Part shown: piece after piece, positions 63,180-64,000 of the stretch
How the letters are laid out: each line of letters begins with the position of its first letter
Position numbering within the stretch: the stretch's first letter is position 1
From: Felis catus
Lineage: Eukaryota
Direction: 5' to 3'
Assembly (NCBI RefSeq): GCF_018350175.1
Contig: NC_058368.1
Coordinates: 165,046,001-165,110,000, forward strand
DNA: 64,000 nucleotides
Translations under genes and position numbers: made by a program
Notes under the pieces: generated by a model
What the model was told of the DNA's origin: nothing
Seen by the model: only the letters and a program-made list of their open reading frames with translations
The model's database searches: none

Positions 63180-63780
63180 AGTAGGTCCTCTTATTTTATT
63201 GCCATGAAGTCTTGGTATAGTGTCTTCTTTCTCAACTTTCCAGTCTCACTTAATAGTGCATTCTTATCAGCAAATACACACACAGACAGTGACATTAAAA
63301 TAAACAAACCAAATACTATCCTTAATCCTGGACACTTCCCACCCAGGCATCTATTCCCCACATTCACACACTCATACTCCCAGTACCAAGGTTTTGCTCT
63401 GTTTTCCTCATCTCTCATATACTCCTTGAATTTTGAGGTCTGACTTTTGTACCATCTCTAAAGCCCCTCACACACTCTTGTATAACTTGTGTTCCAGTTC
63501 CATCAAACACCTAGGTTTTCTTACATTTGCTGCGTAAATCCCTGCTCTTTGCTTCTGTACTGTTTATTGCTTCTGTACTGTAGAAGAAGTAGTTTTCTCT
63601 GTGTCTTTCCCCCCAGCCCCGGTTTGAAACAGAACAGTAATCATCCTTCAAAGCAAATTTCACTTCACATTCCACTGTGCTGTACAATGTATTCCAGATC
63701 CTTGGTATAGTTATTTCTATGGTAAATAATTTTCTATTCTCTGTTCAAACACTGTAGTGCCTGTAGAATGAAACAACAAA
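63180..63780 (+). mobile_element. Probable L2 remnant
   Basis: Pyrimidine/C-rich pattern typical of the L2 3' region; no diagnostic motif. Confidence 0.35.
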
Positions 63781-64000
63781 AGCATATATATATAAATTTC
63801 AGATATTTTTGGAAAATAAGTTGTATTTCTTAATTAATAAATACATAAATAAAAGAAGTTTACTGTGGCAGCTAACATTTTAAGGCTCAAAAGTGTTATA
63901 TATGTGATATATAGAATGTACATGTTCATAGAGTGTATATATGCAAGTATGTAAATACATATATAATTAATTACAAAATAAATACCCAAACTTTGGTATA

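Noticed and set aside
63549..63582. Direct repeat ttgcttctgtactgt twice
   Set aside because: Ordinary short tandem duplication in a probable L2 remnant

Overview
AT-rich mammalian genomic DNA from a felid, most likely cat. The assignment rests on about 29 tRNA-derived CAN-SINEs, three of which look like very young SINEC_Fc-type copies. I recognise no known protein-coding gene. Most of the window is transposable-element debris: old L1 fragments including a nested L1 mosaic at ~43.0-50.8 kb, two decayed ERV-L pro/pol internal regions on the minus strand (~38.9-41.6 kb and ~56.6-60.5 kb), MaLR/LTR33/MER21-like LTRs, MER82 and hAT MITEs, MIR/L2/CR1 remnants, and microsatellites. Five signals are not explained by those features. 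(1) A chain of minus-strand exon-like segments in unique DNA has strong splice signals and splices into a phase-compatible 136-aa Cys-rich ORF; this is unverified. (2) There are plus-strand exon-like segments and a CCAAT/TATA/donor module. (3) A ~92-bp near-perfect inverted duplication sits inside an ancient L1. (4) Two old local duplications lie at 5.4-10.5 kb. (5) There are CpG-retaining patches with ACGTG clusters, a GC-rich possible retrocopy, and perfect short palindromes at element ends. Repeat family names are from recalled consensus sequences, not a search, and element boundaries are approximate.
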